Part shown: positions 18,308 to 27,384 of the stretch, piece by piece | How the letters are laid out: every line of letters starts with the position of its first letter | Position numbering within the stretch: the first letter of the stretch is position 1 | Source of the DNA: a virus | Length of the DNA: 46,836 nt | Virus record (IMG/VR): IMGVR_UViG_3300027123_000194 | Coordinates: 1 to 46,836 of that record | Strand: one strand, 5' to 3' | The notes under the pieces: model-generated | The model's database searches: none | What the model was told of the DNA's origin: nothing | Seen by the model: only the letters and a program-made list of their open reading frames with translations | Position numbers and translations under genes: made by a program

Positions 18308-18844
18308 ATGAACGCCATCCCGACCATGAGCATGACCGCCTTCTTCGCCGCCAACACGTCTCCCCTGACCGGCGTCATCATGACCGCCAAAACCGCCGTC
18401 AAGCTCAATAAAAAGGACGTTGCTACCAAGACTATCCCGAACCCGTTCGGCCCGATCTTCAAGATTTACAAGGCCGTTGTCAGCATCAACAAGGATTACG
18501 AAAAGGATGTCAACCAAAATCGTGCCATCGAAGGAAAAGAGCAAGACTTCCAAAAGGAAGGTCTGAAATGGGGTCGCCATGCCTACGGCAAAGCCATCAT
18601 CGAAAAGGACGGCGGCCTGTACCTGCAAACGATTGTGGAAGGCTATCGTGGCGGCTCCGAATATGTGGATGAAAACGGCAACCCCGTCGATTTTGAGGCC
18701 ATCAAGCCCTTCATGCCTGTCAAAAAGGAAGAGGCTCCAAAGCAAGGGCTGGAAGATGCCGTAATCGTTCGTACCTTCAAGTACGAAAGCATCCTGCAAC
18801 TGGCCATCAAGACTGATAACCTCGTTATCAACCTTGTCCAATAA
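18308..18844 (+). CDS. hypothetical early protein, 178 aa
   Basis: TTTACAGTCTAAAAGAAATCCCTTATAATGAACCTATCAAGACA promoter. Confidence 0.75.
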   Translation: MNAIPTMSMTAFFAANTSPLTGVIMTAKTAVKLNKKDVATKTIPNPFGPIFKIYKAVVSINKDYEKDVNQNRAIEGKEQDFQKEGLKWGRHAYGKAIIEKDGGLYLQTIVEGYRGGSEYVDENGNPVDFEAIKPFMPVKKEEAPKQGLEDAVIVRTFKYESILQLAIKTDNLVINLVQ

Positions 18845-19143
18845 GACAAGGTAACAAATAGATAGAATGCTAGACAATCTTATAAAAATAGATTGTCTAG
18901 CATAGATCATATCACTTGTCAATAGGATCGCTGAAAATGTAACAAAAATCACCAAAAACGTACAAATCTAGACTTGTCAACACTAGAAACAAAATGTTAA
19001 GCCATGAAACATTTTGTTACAAAACAAATTTTGTTTCTGCGACTTTTAACAAATTGTTACACTTTTACATTGGTCAGAAATATACACATTTTGTTACAAA
19101 ATCACATTGCAAATTCGTATGTCAAGTGCCTTTTTGTAATTTT

Positions 19144-19215
19144 ATGTGTCATTTTTATACAGAAGTGTTAAGGTACTATAGGGGGTTTAGCGTAAAATAA
19201 AAGGGTCATTTTTAT
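19144..19215 (+). repeat. direct repeat R1 copy 1
   Basis: atgtgtcatttttatacagaagtgttaaggtactataggggGtttagcgtaaaataaaagggtcatttttat, second copy at 19412. Confidence 0.9.
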
Positions 19216-19245
19216 TTGTCAAGTATCTTAGTGTAATTTTATGTG

Positions 19246-19297
19246 TCATTTTTATACAGGATGTAATGGGTTCCCCCTACCCTTTAGCTTTATATTG
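19246..19297 (+). repeat. direct repeat R2 copy 1
   Basis: tcatttttatacaggatgtaatgggttccccctaccctttagctttatattg. Confidence 0.9.
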
Positions 19298-19411
19298 TCA
19301 AGTTATTTTTGTTTCATATGTAAACTCAATGTAATTTTATGTGTCATTTTTATTAGCGACCATTTAGGTATCCATATCCCTTTAGCTTTAATTGTCAAGT
19401 TATTTTTCTTC

Positions 19412-19482
19412 ATGTGTCATTTTTATACAGAAGTGTTAAGGTACTATAGGGGTTTAGCGTAAAATAAAAGGGTCATTTTTAT
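19412..19482 (+). repeat. direct repeat R1 copy 2
   Basis: Same sequence as 19144-19215 minus one G. Confidence 0.9.
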
Positions 19483-19524
19483 ACAGGATGTAATGGGTTC
19501 CCCCTACCCTTTAGCTTTATATTG
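19473..19524 (+). repeat. direct repeat R2 copy 2 (overlaps end of R1 copy 2)
   Basis: Identical 52-nt sequence. Confidence 0.9.
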
Positions 19525-19660
19525 ACCCTCATTTTTATTCGTGATCTTTTATGTATCCATACCTCTTTACTTTTATTATAAAAACATTTCCATTTAATTA
19601 GTTAATACCAGTTAGATATCTTATAATTGTAAATAGTTAATATATTTTAAAGGTAATGAT

Positions 19661-21652
19661 ATGAAATTATTAAGTGTTGATTTTTGGAAATCAAATACGA
19701 GTTATGTTGCAAGTAATCGTTATAAGAGTTTTATTGTTTATAATGACACACTTTATATTTGCAATGAATCTCATGTTAGTGGAAATACATTTGATGTTAG
19801 TAAATTTACATCAATTGGGGGTGCTGGTGGCGGTTTATCTGTAACTGGTGATTGGGATATTGCATCGTCTACTAGTTTAGGGCCAGTTACGGCATTACCG
19901 TTAGCATATGATACTTATTATGACTCCACATCGTTGGGTGATTTGAATATGATTGCCAATACAAGTTCACCTCCGATATATCCATTCGCATCTAATTATC
20001 GTGTTTTTGGTGCATCAAGTCCGGTTATAGATCAAACTAATGGTATGAAATATGTTACGATTGATACAACTGGAAGTATATCTTATGCATTTCTTTTAAT
20101 ATATGAAGATACGTATACTGATCCAATTAACGATTTGATTTTAACAAGTTTAGGTAGTAGTAATCCAGCTACTAATTATTCATTGATACCGATTGTTAAG
20201 GTTCCAAATAATAATGGGGTATTGTTAATTGATTCATTTGGTGAACATGAGTTTACTGGTCTAACATTTGATGCCAATAGTACAAGCGTTAATATTGGCA
20301 TTGATATATTAGATGGATATGTTACAGTATCTTCTGGAAATACTACTTCATCTCAAAATTTGAATATAACGGGAACTAACTTTAAAATTGGTTTATTTTC
20401 CATCTATGGGTCATTTTTTTCTAAAGAAATATTGGAGATGGTTAGAGGAACACCTAGTTTCACGTATCAGGGTCAAGAATTAGTTGTTGTTCCGCCAGAA
20501 GGTGCAATTGATGGTAATTGTTATCATTTTACAAGTGATGGTGTCTTTAATGGCGTTAGTGTTAAACTTGGCGATTATGGCGTGTTCTTTAATAATTTAT
20601 TAAGTGTATTACCAATTAAGTATTATGATAATCAAATACAAAGTATAGGAAATACAGTTGATGCATTGAATACTTTTGTCAATGATAATATATTAACAAT
20701 GGTTGAAAGAGTTGTTGCTCGTGGAATTATTGACGTAATTAGTGATAATGAACCTAGTGCACCGTTTTTTGGTAAAACATGGGTTGACACTAATAATAAT
20801 GATGTTTTGAAGGTATATGATGGTTCAGCTTGGGTTACTGTTACTCCAAACCAATTCCAGAGTTTTGTTTATGCAGATACTGGTTTAGAATTGTTTTACA
20901 ATAAATTGATGATAAGCTCTCGAAAAAAGATGTTAACACCTACTGGCGAATCTAATATTAATTATTATAATTTATTGAATACTAGTTCAAAATGGGCAGG
21001 TGAGGAAGCAAAATCATGTCAATATATTAATTTAGCTACTATAAATGACCCCTATTTATATATGGATTTCACATCGTATACAGATGTAATTATAGATGCT
21101 AGTTATGCAGCATTAGGCGAATATACAGCAACATATGCCAATGGAGTACAAGTATATGAATCAGACACATCATATATTAAGGAACATCGCATACAATTAT
21201 ATAGTTCTGGTAATAGCTGTGTGGTTAATTTTAATAATGCTATAAATGGATTATATTCATCATTCGTGCAATTAACTATTGGGTCAATAGTTAATTTAGT
21301 GCTAACACAAACTCCTAATTTCAATAATATTACATATATTTCTGGTGTTGAAAAAATGTTGTATATGTCTTCCGTACAACAATTTGGCACAAGCCCAAGT
21401 GATTTTTGGTTTTATAATATTGAAGAAATATTCATCAACATTGATGAGGAAGTACAGTTAACATTCGCAACAGTAATCAATGGTGGATGGAAATCATTAA
21501 AAATAAATTACAAAAATACTGCAACCAACCCAAGTATTTCATTATTACTAAAAAATAATGGTGGTGATGATCATACGGTTGCTATACCAATAGTAGGTGT
21601 GAGTGGTAGTGTGACTATATTAACAGATGGTGTGAATTATGAGGTGTTCTAA
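19661..21652 (+). CDS. virion structural protein, tail-fibre/adhesin-like, 663 aa
   Basis: Ser/Thr/Asn/Gly-rich beta-type sequence, contains phage fibre-like KTWVDTNNNDVLKVYDGSAWVTVTP. Confidence 0.6.
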   Translation: MKLLSVDFWKSNTSYVASNRYKSFIVYNDTLYICNESHVSGNTFDVSKFTSIGGAGGGLSVTGDWDIASSTSLGPVTALPLAYDTYYDSTSLGDLNMIANTSSPPIYPFASNYRVFGASSPVIDQTNGMKYVTIDTTGSISYAFLLIYEDTYTDPINDLILTSLGSSNPATNYSLIPIVKVPNNNGVLLIDSFGEHEFTGLTFDANSTSVNIGIDILDGYVTVSSGNTTSSQNLNITGTNFKIGLFSIYGSFFSKEILEMVRGTPSFTYQGQELVVVPPEGAIDGNCYHFTSDGVFNGVSVKLGDYGVFFNNLLSVLPIKYYDNQIQSIGNTVDALNTFVNDNILTMVERVVARGIIDVISDNEPSAPFFGKTWVDTNNNDVLKVYDGSAWVTVTPNQFQSFVYADTGLELFYNKLMISSRKKMLTPTGESNINYYNLLNTSSKWAGEEAKSCQYINLATINDPYLYMDFTSYTDVIIDASYAALGEYTATYANGVQVYESDTSYIKEHRIQLYSSGNSCVVNFNNAINGLYSSFVQLTIGSIVNLVLTQTPNFNNITYISGVEKMLYMSSVQQFGTSPSDFWFYNIEEIFINIDEEVQLTFATVINGGWKSLKINYKNTATNPSISLLLKNNGGDDHTVAIPIVGVSGSVTILTDGVNYEVF

Positions 21653-21840
21653 TGTATAAATTAAAAAAAGTTGGTAATGTTAATGTTTTACCACAAATAA
21701 CAACAAGTTTTTCTGAAATTGATATAAATAATTTAAATATTATTGACAAAATGATTTTAGTTGATTGTCTTAATGACTATAGTATTCATGCCGAATCGGT
21801 TATATTAAAAGAAGAAATTATTGAAATTATAATGAAATGA
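21652..21840 (+). CDS. small hypothetical protein, 62 aa
   Basis: Start overlaps stop of fibre-like gene. Confidence 0.6.
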   Translation: MYKLKKVGNVNVLPQITTSFSEIDINNLNIIDKMILVDCLNDYSIHAESVILKEEIIEIIMK

Positions 21841-21863
21841 AAAAAGGGCTTAAAGCCCTTTTT

Positions 21864-22244
21864 TCATTTTGAGTAAACTATCCACGCTGGTTTTACTTTT
21901 AGTGTTCTGAAACGATATTCTAATTCATATCCTTTAGTTAAATCCCCGTCTGTACTTGGTTTATCTTTTGGATATTGCATATCATTTAAAATTCCCATTA
22001 TAACTTCTTTTAATTGCGATGGTTTCTTTATTGTGTAAGCCAACTTTAATGGTTTGCACACTTTATCGTCATTGTCATAAAATTCACCACTGTACTGTAA
22101 TATAAAAAAGGCCGTCTCACTTTGATTCTTGTAATAATGTGTAAATGTTGTTTTGAAATTATCCTTTCCCATTATGATTTCTGTGATATTATCTAAAGCA
22201 TCAAAATTGTCAGTATGTATTTTTAGTTCTGTTATTAAACTCAT
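21864..22244 (-). CDS. hypothetical protein, BCS1-module partner (MSLITELKIHTDNF...)
   Basis: Tightly spaced downstream ORF. Confidence 0.65.
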   Translation of the reverse strand: MSLITELKIHTDNFDALDNITEIIMGKDNFKTTFTHYYKNQSETAFFILQYSGEFYDNDDKVCKPLKLAYTIKKPSQLKEVIMGILNDMQYPKDKPSTDGDLTKGYELEYRFRTLKVKPAWIVYSK

Positions 22245-22245
22245 T

Positions 22246-22623
22246 TTATTGTCCAGTATAAATTGTATTGATTGATATTTCAATATATGGTAGAATATCA
22301 TGGATATATTTCACAGAAAACCCCGGAATCATATCTTCTTCCATAATAAATCTTTTCAATGTATTATTAATCCATTTTTTAGCAAAAATATAACATTCAT
22401 CGGGGGTTTCTAATCGTTTTTCTAAGTAATAAAAATAGGGAGCGGGTTTATAATTACTAAGAATTAATTTTGGTGTTTCTGTAGTTTCATCAATATAGAA
22501 GCATTCAAAATTATTTGTGCCTATACAGGAATAAAAACAACGAATTGCGTTTTTTAACTGTTTTTTCGTTGTCCCGGAAATATGCAATGTCTCACATTCT
22601 CCGATACCGTTTTGAAGTTTCAT
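22246..22623 (-). CDS. hypothetical protein, BCS1-module partner
   Basis: Start 1 nt after the AAA ATPase stop. Confidence 0.7.
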   Translation of the reverse strand: MKLQNGIGECETLHISGTTKKQLKNAIRCFYSCIGTNNFECFYIDETTETPKLILSNYKPAPYFYYLEKRLETPDECYIFAKKWINNTLKRFIMEEDMIPGFSVKYIHDILPYIEISINTIYTGQ

Positions 22624-22624
22624 T

Positions 22625-23971
22625 TTATTTTCCGTGTAGTTGTTCTAATGCAACCTTTATACAATATTCTTGCACTTGAGCCGCAGTAAAATTAGTCGTT
22701 TCATCAAAGGCATTTTTTTCTAATTCAGGCCAATCACGCAAGATTTTGTGTATTAGTTTTTGACGTTGGTCATTTTCCATAACACCCATATAAACTACAC
22801 GATCTATACGTCCGGGTCTTGAAGATATACCATTTTTATTTTCAACGGTAACTCCCATTGCTTCATCAATATGCTCAATATGATTAGTTGTGATAACTAA
22901 CAAAATACCAGAAGAATCATTAACGCCGCTGATCATATTGAGAATAGTATCATAGTTTAAGTTTGAATCTTTGTTTACAGGGGTTCGTTTATGGAAAACT
23001 GCGTCAAAATCCTCAAGTAATATAATACATGGTGTATTAGATGCCGAACTTTCCCAAGCTTTTTTGAAATCATTGTCGTCCATTGATGAAAGGTAGAAAT
23101 GATTCAATGGTAGACCAAAATGCATCGCCATAGCTCTCACGAGGCTTGATTTCCCGGTTCCACCGGGGCCATGTAATAGGATTCCACGTTTCCACGGCAA
23201 ACCACGTTCTATGAACCACTCACGGCGTTTTAGCCACTCATTTACATCGGCAACTATATCCATTACTTGTGTTGAATAATACAATGAATCAAAAGGACTT
23301 GCTTTTTGCGTGTTAATATTGATATCTGTGTATGTACAATTTAAAAACTCATCGGTTTTGTAAAACTTTGATGGTGATTCGCCACATACATCAGGTGCAG
23401 AAGAATCTCCATCTTTAGGGTCGCCGCCACTTTTATGATCATATATCATCTTACTCATGCCAATGCGTTCATGTATGCGATAATTGTTGAAGTATGATGT
23501 TTTGTTTTCAGTTGTTATTTTCAAACGATTATATTCACGAACTTCTTTAACAAAAGAAGAAAGATTAAATGTTCCTCTAATATATTTTAACGTCATTCCG
23601 TCATAATCCCTATGTGTATTAGAAATCCATATAATAGTTTTTTTATACTTATAGAAACAACCATCATCAGGGTGTCTGTAGAATGCATAATCCATATTCC
23701 CTTCACGAAACATATTACCATAATGTGATTTTATTACATAATCACCATTAGAATATATGCGGCGGCATTGTTCATTCAAATACTTGCGTATCATAGACGA
23801 AAGTATTTGATCAACTGAGTTTGAAATAACAAAAGTTTTTTTTGCAAATGTTAAAAAAACATTGTTCATATTGTTTGATTCAGTTTCACGAACTGTTTTT
23901 ATATTAGAATTGTGGTTATGTTTATTTGTTTTTGAGAATACGTCGATTATTTTTGCTATAGTTTCTATCAT
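22625..23971 (-). CDS. BCS1-like AAA+ ATPase
   Basis: Walker A HGPGGTGKSS, Walker B CIILLEDFD, sensor TTNH, RPGRIDR; N-terminal BCS1-like region. Confidence 0.9.
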   Translation of the reverse strand: MIETIAKIIDVFSKTNKHNHNSNIKTVRETESNNMNNVFLTFAKKTFVISNSVDQILSSMIRKYLNEQCRRIYSNGDYVIKSHYGNMFREGNMDYAFYRHPDDGCFYKYKKTIIWISNTHRDYDGMTLKYIRGTFNLSSFVKEVREYNRLKITTENKTSYFNNYRIHERIGMSKMIYDHKSGGDPKDGDSSAPDVCGESPSKFYKTDEFLNCTYTDININTQKASPFDSLYYSTQVMDIVADVNEWLKRREWFIERGLPWKRGILLHGPGGTGKSSLVRAMAMHFGLPLNHFYLSSMDDNDFKKAWESSASNTPCIILLEDFDAVFHKRTPVNKDSNLNYDTILNMISGVNDSSGILLVITTNHIEHIDEAMGVTVENKNGISSRPGRIDRVVYMGVMENDQRQKLIHKILRDWPELEKNAFDETTNFTAAQVQEYCIKVALEQLHGK

Positions 23972-24070
23972 TTTATGTCCATTTTTATACAGAACTTTTT
24001 AGGTATCCATACCCCTTTACCTTTAAACAAAGAGGCAATTTTATACAATGTTTAATGGCTCCTGCCGTGG

Positions 24071-24937
24071 TTATTCAGTAGGAAGTTTCCCGGTTTTCAT
24101 ATATTCAGCAAAATCAGTTCCTAGTGGAGTTTCCTCAATAGGCTTTACATTTTTACTTTGTTTTATTAACTCTGAACGAATGTTCATGATTAATGTACCT
24201 AGCATATTACTTCCCTTACCAGTTTTAAGATCAACACCCCAAAAAGTATCCCCCCAGCGGTTTCCCTCCTGTATATGACGGTCGCCTGTTTCGATCAATT
24301 TGGAACGGTACGGCTCTTGATTAAACTTTTGGGTTAGACATTTTGACATTACTTCCAATTTAATAACATCCCAATTATGTTTAACTGAAAGTTTTTTAGA
24401 TTCTTTCTTAATAAAACCGGGGGATTCTGTATTAATACAGAAATCTCTCCATTCCTTAGAATCAGATTTTGCTGCCATATATGCATGCTCAACCGAACGA
24501 TATTCTTCGCCATCCATATAAATTGAACAAGGTGAAAAATTGGAAAGCCAACGATATTCACCTTGAAACTCGGTAATATCATCAAAGTTAGACATTAAAT
24601 TCATTTTTATATTCTTCTGTGTATTTTTCATCAATTGATACGATTTAGATAAACAATCTTCACAAATACCATAGTCATCATCACCAAAATCTGAATATGA
24701 TGGGCCTATCATATAGACGTGCGTTGTTTTATTACCACAAGAACAACATGTGCATAAAAAGTCTTTCACAAAAGGATTTATTTCAATCATTTTATCTGTT
24801 ATGACTCCACCATTAGCACGAATAAAGTTGCGCATTTCGTTGTGGTATTTCATATTTGAAATTTGGTTATCACTAAAATAAAACTTCAAATAATCTTGAT
24901 ATGTGTATAAGTAAGGATATGTTTTATTATGAGACAT
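24071..24937 (-). CDS. Cys-rich (Zn-ribbon-like) domain fused to NADAR/YbiA-family domain
   Basis: C-terminal FQGEYRWLSNFSPCSIYMDGEEYRSVEHAYMAAKS...GNRWGDTFWGVDLKTGKGSNMLGTLIMNIR; N-terminal CTCCSCGN...CEDC. Confidence 0.9.
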   Translation of the reverse strand: MSHNKTYPYLYTYQDYLKFYFSDNQISNMKYHNEMRNFIRANGGVITDKMIEINPFVKDFLCTCCSCGNKTTHVYMIGPSYSDFGDDDYGICEDCLSKSYQLMKNTQKNIKMNLMSNFDDITEFQGEYRWLSNFSPCSIYMDGEEYRSVEHAYMAAKSDSKEWRDFCINTESPGFIKKESKKLSVKHNWDVIKLEVMSKCLTQKFNQEPYRSKLIETGDRHIQEGNRWGDTFWGVDLKTGKGSNMLGTLIMNIRSELIKQSKNVKPIEETPLGTDFAEYMKTGKLPTE

Positions 24938-25241
24938 ATTTTATTTGTATTCCATCTTCTGTGGAAATTGCCATAACTGATTCACCGTCTCCATCATCTT
25001 CGAAATAAATCCCGAAAACAGGGTCTACCGGAATGTCAACAACAACATCAAAAGTTTGTATTTCCATATCATCGTATAAAACTTTATACGAGCGATTGAT
25101 TAAAGCCGATTTAATCAATTTTGCTGTTGCGTAAGCCTCTCTATATTGAGGTTTTACACCATCATCAGCAGCTTCGTTTAAATACGTTTCATATAATTCT
25201 TTGTTTCTTTTATTCATCATTTTCTCTAATATTGTTTTCAA
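24927..25241 (-). CDS. hypothetical protein, 104 aa
   Basis: ORF. Confidence 0.65.
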   Translation of the reverse strand: MKTILEKMMNKRNKELYETYLNEAADDGVKPQYREAYATAKLIKSALINRSYKVLYDDMEIQTFDVVVDIPVDPVFGIYFEDDGDGESVMAISTEDGIQIKYVS

Positions 25242-25503
25242 TTCTTGTCATAAGCCAACCATAGTCAAACTTATTTTCTTCCACCTCGGCATAAGGCAGT
25301 ACCCAATCATATTCGCTTAAATCTTTTTCTGATTTAAAAACAATATGCGGGTGAAAATCACCATCGCCGTCAACATAAAAACTAACATGACGTGATGCCC
25401 CGATAGCTGCATTAAACTCCCATTTTTCAAAAAATGATTTAAGCGCAATCGCTTGTGCCAAATTGACATTAAATGTCGCTGTTACTTTGAACTTTTCGCT
25501 CAT
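25210..25503 (-). CDS. hypothetical protein (MSEKFKVTATFN...)
   Basis: ORF. Confidence 0.65.
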   Translation of the reverse strand: MSEKFKVTATFNVNLAQAIALKSFFEKWEFNAAIGASRHVSFYVDGDGDFHPHIVFKSEKDLSEYDWVLPYAEVEENKFDYGWLMTRIENNIRENDE

Positions 25504-25504
25504 T

Positions 25505-25837
25505 TTAACCATCCTTTTCAAAAGTAAATGGATATACTATTTTTCCATTTACAATACTATTGTAGTCACTTTCTGACAAGTTGTCAATAAAAAGTTTATA
25601 ATCATTTGGGATTATTCCCCAACCATTATGACTGAGATAATATAAAAAATCTTGGTGTGACATTCTAACCACAGTTAAAAAATTGTCTAAACCTAATGTT
25701 TTTTCAAATATACAGAAGGAAAATAATCGTTGAAAAGGGTTAAAATATTTTTTAACCCATATTTCCATATCCATTTCAATATTACACGCACATGATGGTA
25801 ACTCAATCGCATCACATGATTTGCAGCCAGTTGTCAT
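25505..25837 (-). CDS. hypothetical protein, 110 aa, N-terminal CxxC / CxC cysteines
   Basis: ORF overlapping TyrRS stop. Confidence 0.65.
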   Translation of the reverse strand: MTTGCKSCDAIELPSCACNIEMDMEIWVKKYFNPFQRLFSFCIFEKTLGLDNFLTVVRMSHQDFLYYLSHNGWGIIPNDYKLFIDNLSESDYNSIVNGKIVYPFTFEKDG

Positions 25838-26910
25838 TTTAAAACTCCAATCAATTTAACTTGTATCGCTTCTTTTTTACCAACTTTTAGTTCAAAAGAA
25901 GTATTGTTGTTTATACGTGTATCGACATTAACAACAATACCATCCACAAGCACTGAACCTTTCGATACAACATCACGGGCAGCGGCAGAGTTTTTTGCAA
26001 TTTTCAAACGATTAATAATTGCTGGTATCGGTAATGAATCCTCTTTTACTTCTAGTGTTAATATACCATCATCTGATGATTTCAACAACTCTATAATTCT
26101 GGTATATAAAAGTTTCTTAGTCTCAAGTATATCAAATCCTTCTTCAAGTGATTCGCCTGTCAATAACCACATAAATGATGGTATATTACTATCTGGCATA
26201 TTCAAAATCTTTTGACGAATAGTAAATGCATTATCATCTATATTAATCGTGTTGTTCAAAGACTTAGACATTTTATTAACACCATCTGTTCCTAACAGAA
26301 TAGGTAATGTCATTATTCCTTGTGGCTCCATACCCTCTTGTGACTGGCGATTACGACCCATATGAAGGTTGAAAAGTTGATCAGTTCCACCTATCTCTAT
26401 ATCAGAATTAACAATAACTGAGTCATGGCCTTGTAGTAATGGGTATAAAAACTCATGCATTGAAATAGAAACATGTGATTCAAATCTTTTCTTAAAATCA
26501 TCACGATCAAGCATTCGTGAAACAGTGATGGAAGATGAAAGTTTAATCATGTCGGCAGCAGTCATTTTAGACCACCAATCAGAATTAAACTTTACAATAG
26601 TTTTATCTTTATCAAGGATGCGGAATATTTGACTTAAAAACTTTTCCGCATTCTCTTTTACTGTATGCTCTCTTAACTGAACTCTGGTGTTACTTTTACC
26701 TGTAGGATCACCTATAGTAGCAGTAAAATCACCTATAATAATGATGACATTATGTCCTTCTAATTGAAAATCACGTAACTTTTTCAAAAGAACACAATGA
26801 CCAAGATGTAAATGTGGTGATGTGGGGTCAAAACCAGCTTTTACATTTAATACTGGTTTATTAATTGGTGGTATAAAGTCAACTACACCACGGGTAAATA
26901 ATTCTTTCAT
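25834..26910 (-). CDS. tyrS: tyrosyl-tRNA synthetase with S4-like C-terminal domain
   Basis: class I HLGH and KMSKS motifs; FDPTSPHLHLGHCVLLKKLRDFQLEGH; IGGTDQLFNL; VVSKGSVLVDG S4-like tail. Confidence 0.93.
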   Translation of the reverse strand: MKELFTRGVVDFIPPINKPVLNVKAGFDPTSPHLHLGHCVLLKKLRDFQLEGHNVIIIIGDFTATIGDPTGKSNTRVQLREHTVKENAEKFLSQIFRILDKDKTIVKFNSDWWSKMTAADMIKLSSSITVSRMLDRDDFKKRFESHVSISMHEFLYPLLQGHDSVIVNSDIEIGGTDQLFNLHMGRNRQSQEGMEPQGIMTLPILLGTDGVNKMSKSLNNTINIDDNAFTIRQKILNMPDSNIPSFMWLLTGESLEEGFDILETKKLLYTRIIELLKSSDDGILTLEVKEDSLPIPAIINRLKIAKNSAAARDVVSKGSVLVDGIVVNVDTRINNNTSFELKVGKKEAIQVKLIGVLK

Positions 26911-27039
26911 GTTTATCTCAAAGTGGTTAAAAATGATATTATGCCATTTTTCGTCTGGTGTGTAAAGTTAAAAATTGTAATTTGTCGCAGACATGGGTGA
27001 ATGAAATGAACCCATTGTGTTTTAGAGTTTTTTGTATTA

Positions 27040-27204
27040 AAATATGACTTGATTCGTTACACTCATCAAGTGTCCTACGGACAGCGTTAGCTCATTTTGT
27101 ATAGTTGCATCTTTATCTATTCTTGGGCCAGCACATAACCTTTCATATCGGCCTCTGGCAAGGCCGTACTTTCAACACTCAGGCTTGCTCAACAACCTTT
27201 GCTC
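27040..27204 (-). ncRNA. candidate structured RNA, own promoter; ends approximate
   Basis: minus-strand TTGACA(27240-27235)-18-TATAAT(27216-27211), then hairpins CGGCCT-TGCCAG-AGGCCG, GTCC-GTA-GGAC, CTTGAT...ATCAAG, no conserved-looking ORF. Confidence 0.5.
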
Positions 27205-27317
27205 CGCAGGATTATACACACATATTAAAAATCTTGTCAAGCACTTTTTACATATTTCCGATCAAATGTACAATTTTCCATCATTTCGTCATTTATTTCT
27301 TTTTAATTGAAAAAAAG

Positions 27318-27346
27318 ATTGACAAATGTTAACCAATGTAATATAA
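27318..27346 (+). promoter_or_regulatory. sigma70-like promoter
   Basis: TTGACA-17-TATAAT upstream of gp55 gene. Confidence 0.85.
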
Positions 27347-27384
27347 TGTAATTGTTTAGTAACACCAATGGAAGGTGAAATATA

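Noticed and set aside
18275-18955. 226-aa minus-strand ORF
   Set aside because: Antisense to 18308..18844, which has a consensus promoter and start; the shadow ORF arises from codon bias.
19144-19524. CRISPR-like array
   Set aside because: Only two copies each of two long, partly overlapping direct repeats with irregular spacing, no spacers and no cas genes.
27047-27075. Hammerhead ribozyme suggested by UUGAUGAG...CGAA
   Set aside because: Required CUGAUGA/GAAA core and stem arrangement are not present; CUUGAU/AUCAAG is a simple hairpin.
27105-27332. 75-aa plus-strand ORF
   Set aside because: It overlaps the gene 55 promoter and the minus-strand RNA candidate; no RBS and low-complexity translation.
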